A stretch of 64,000 bases of DNA, taken from the NCBI GenBank assembly GCA_002269645.1, contig NIVC01002300.1:62001-126000 (forward strand). Reading direction: 5' to 3'. The first letter of the stretch is position 1, and each line of letters starts with the position of its first letter. The stretch is from Macrostomum lignano. Lineage: Eukaryota. Positions 61,001 through 64,000 of the stretch are shown here, piece after piece. Below the pieces are notes generated by a model, which had not been told where the DNA came from, ran no database searches, and worked only from the letters and a program-made list of their open reading frames with translations. A program made the position numbers and the translations under genes.

Positions 61001-63127
61001 CGCTGCGATTCACACCTGCGACCTACATCTCTGGACTGGATGTAGTAGTATCTATCGGCTGCTTGTCTGTTAATATTAATGATTCGTCAAATAATTAGCT
61101 CGCTAGTAGCTAGCCAAATTTCTAGCTCATAATTACAGGTTGTGTACTCATATACACAAATATTAAATAATATGCTGATTCTGTAGATTTTATGCTTCTT
61201 AGTCTTTAGTCCAGAGAGCAACTCCGCCACCTGCAGAAATTACAGAAAACAAGGAAATAGGAAATGGCGAATACAAAGCATTCTTTGGAAAGATACTTGC
61301 TGGATGAACTCAAGACTCTGTGCCTCGATGGGATTTTGCTGTTAATATTGCACAACATCTGCTGGAGAGAGATTGTAGCACAGCTTTCCCTTGGGATCGG
61401 GGTGCCAAATAGAATGTTTACTGAATGGAGAAAGCTGAAATTTCTGAAATTCCCAATAGGCAAAGCTTTCAATACTGATTTTATTTGAATTGAAAATCGT
61501 TAATGTTGCTTTACACTCGGGTGTGGGTGGATGCTAATTATAAAATTCAATTATTCATCTTCTAGTCGTCACCTAGAAATTTTTCATCAATTCCCTGAAT
61601 ATTTCGTCGTAAAAAAGATTTGAAACCTTTAAGAATCTAAAGCATATCCAAGTGTATATTGCACGGAGTAGCTACTTAAATTTTCACTTTCGGAATGCAA
61701 TACTGATCACAATGGGAATTCGCTTTGAAAAAGATTCGCTGTGATTTGTCAGTAAATCATCAAGGCTGACAATACTTTTCAGGGGGAAAGGGAAAGTATC
61801 AATGGTATTTATACCCATTTATACCAGTGCTAAGGCAATAAATGCTTGAGTGACCAGTTTATTGACTGAGGCGAAGCAACAATTAAACCATAGACTGCTG
61901 CACCAGTGCAACTTGGGGATACATGAATGAGATTTCGGCTCAGAATTCCCATATAGTCTATGGTCCATTCGGTACATTGTTTTTCTCAGTTCGATGAAGG
62001 AGTGTTCTTTGTAAACAAACGTTAAAAAACTTGGTGGAAGCAAACGGTAGAGTAGTACAATAGTACATTAGACACGATTGATGTTGAAAAATCGATGCAA
62101 TCTATAGTTTGAATTCAAATCAATGATGGGGTGCAAAAGTAGAGACCATCGTTATAGTTCCGAAGTTTAGACTTGGGAATTCCTTCTTGTTTAAGCTAGC
62201 TCTCTTCAGCTCTTTTATAGGGCATCTTTATAGTACGTGCATAATTCCTCCACACAAGTATTCGACTTGCTGATTCAGAAGTAACCCACTCTAACCCTAC
62301 TGTTGAAAACCCGCAGACCATTATTTGGTTTAGGCAGATTGCTTAAGTTCAACATTCTCTAGATGTAATAAACAGATTAGAGTGATGACAATGCTCTGTA
62401 TCGTGTCTTCACAGATTAAAAGTGAACAAGTATTTGTCTCTCACCTTCTTCTTGTAAAATTTAGTCTTATTGGCTTGACCATAGACATTTTCTATCTATC
62501 TGCCCGAAATTTTCTTTCGAAATTTCCTCTTCTTTTTTAGCATTCCACAGTAGTCAATTAAATTGTCAAAATTAGAGGGCACGAAAGCCCTCATGCATTC
62601 TCCCTGCTTCATCAACAAATTGAATTTATTCGTTGAATTTGAGCAACGGAGCTCTTGCATTAAATTAGCTAATGCAAATCTGAATTGGTTAGCTAGTTAA
62701 ATTTAGGCTGTCAATTTTTAAATTCGATTTGCCGAAATCCTGCATGATTCATTGGAGCTTTAAATTGAAATTGAAGGCAAATTTGACGCACAATATGGCA
62801 TTCCTGCACGCTTTATCTGGCAATAGGCATTTCAGTACAATAAAGTGACAAATCAAAATATCAATCGACATACGAGTACTTGTAGATCAATATCTAGCAT
62901 AGAATGATTGAAATTTAAAACAAACCGCTTTAATCTTATACTTGGCCCGCGTGCCAAAGGCAGTCTCGCTGATTGCACCATAAACAGCTGCAAAATGCAT
63001 TTTACGAGTAGTGAGTCAGTCGTGCGCAGGCCGTGCTGAACTGATTAGCTGATAACAAAAACTCTGTTAATTACCATAGACAGGCAGCGACAATCTTTTC
63101 CGCACACCTTTTTTGCATTCCATTTTG

Positions 63128-64000
63128 CCATTTTTTGCAATCAATCTGGGCAGTGCACGCTGCAGCGGTATTTACCATAGAGTTTTTGCAATCAAGCTGG
63201 GCAGTGCACGCTGCAGCGGTATTTACCATAGAGTTTTTGCAATCAAGCTGGGCAGTGCACGCTGCAGCGGTATTTACCATAGAGTTTTTGCAATGACTCG
63301 CTCGACGCCGATGTTGAAGGCGGCGCGCAGCAGACCAGCGTGCGCCGCATCGACTTGCTGTTCGAGTGAGTCCGTCAGCGTCCAGGTCTCGGCGTTGTAC
63401 AGCAGGACGGTCTCGATTACCGCCTGGAACAGCGCCGCCCTCTGGCGGTCCGGTAGGGCCTCGGACTGCAGGACTGCCCTCACAGAACGAAAGGCAGCCC
63501 AGGCAAGCCCGCGGCGGCGTCGCAGGTCCTCGCGAGCGTCTGGAACCAGACCGCCGAGGTAGACGAACTGCTGACATCGCGGGCACTCTATCGCCGCGCT
63601 GGCCTGCCACGTCCAAGTGATCTACTGCGCCGTCGGCGACTCCAGCTCGCAGGCCATCTCATCCGCGCCGAGTCGTACTGCCCACAGCCGGTGCAGGAGG
63701 TGCTGCTGCTCACGCTGCAGGCACCCTACCGGCGAGGTCAAGCGCGAACTCGGCGTTATGTCGACTGTCTGCTGGCTGACGCCGGCGCCCCGGACACTGC
63801 CGGTGGCGCGGCCTTTGTTCGCGCCCAAGCCATGAAGCGCGCCCTGTGACGCTGACTTTTACCATCATGACAGCGTATTTTGTTGTTGTTGTTGTTGTTG
63901 TTTTTGCAATCAATCTGGGCAGTGCACGCTGCAGCGGTATTTACCATAGAGTTTTTGCAATCAAGCTGGGCAGTGCACGCTGCAGCGGTATTTACCATAG
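63128..64000. repeat. 51-bp satellite (GTTTTTGCAATCAAGCTGGGCAGTGCACGCTGCAGCGGTATTTACCATAGA), interrupted by an RTE insert and running off the window end
   Basis: About 3 units at 63128-63294 and about 2 units at 63900-64000. Confidence 0.95.
63295..63899. mobile_element. 5'-truncated, 5'-inverted RTE insertion with (GTT)n tail and 11-bp TSD
   Basis: Minus 63295-~63621 encodes QQFVYLGG...LLYNAETW...AAFNIGVERV. Plus ~63622-63849 encodes LLRRRRLQLAGH...RRYVD...AMKRAL-stop. GTTTTTGCAAT at 63284-63294 and 63900-63910. Confidence 0.9.

Noticed and set aside
61206-61488. Opposing short ORFs with faint death-domain-like or membrane-helix-like character
   Set aside because: The similarity is too weak, and the ORFs are isolated in AT-rich DNA without supported splice partners.

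Overview
Eukaryotic (metazoan) nuclear DNA, repeat-dense and gene-poor, with no prokaryotic features and no CRISPR array. The GC-rich exons, short introns and RTE family look like a Macrostomum-type flatworm, but that is inference only. Host genes: (i) a 7-exon, phase-consistent minus-strand gene at 20828->11910 (~1135 aa) with a Pro/Gly/RGG-rich N-terminus and a helical C-terminal half resembling TOPAZ1; (ii) the last exon of a WSC-domain gene (801-1105); (iii) a decaying cluster of secreted fibrinogen-related (FReD) gene copies at ~39, ~46 and ~57 kb. The rest is mostly mobile DNA: two piggyBac relics, a DIRS/Ngaro-type tyrosine-recombinase retrotransposon, a mariner, a long-TIR Tc1-like element, an RTE-clade LINE plus fragments, a LOA/R1-group LINE with RNase H, a Gypsy 3' remnant with LTR, two SINE families (one CORE-type), several MITEs and more than a dozen tandem arrays. 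The most notable observations are a candidate HDV-like self-cleaving ribozyme at the 5' end of the LOA-type LINE (53943-54058, minus), a 28S rRNA fragment spanning the R2/I-PpoI site carried inside a MITE with 8-bp TSDs (21292-21355), and a 5'-inverted (twin-priming type) RTE insertion with an 11-bp TSD inside a 51-bp satellite (63295-63899). All family assignments are by eye and from remembered motifs. Some frameshifts could be assembly errors.
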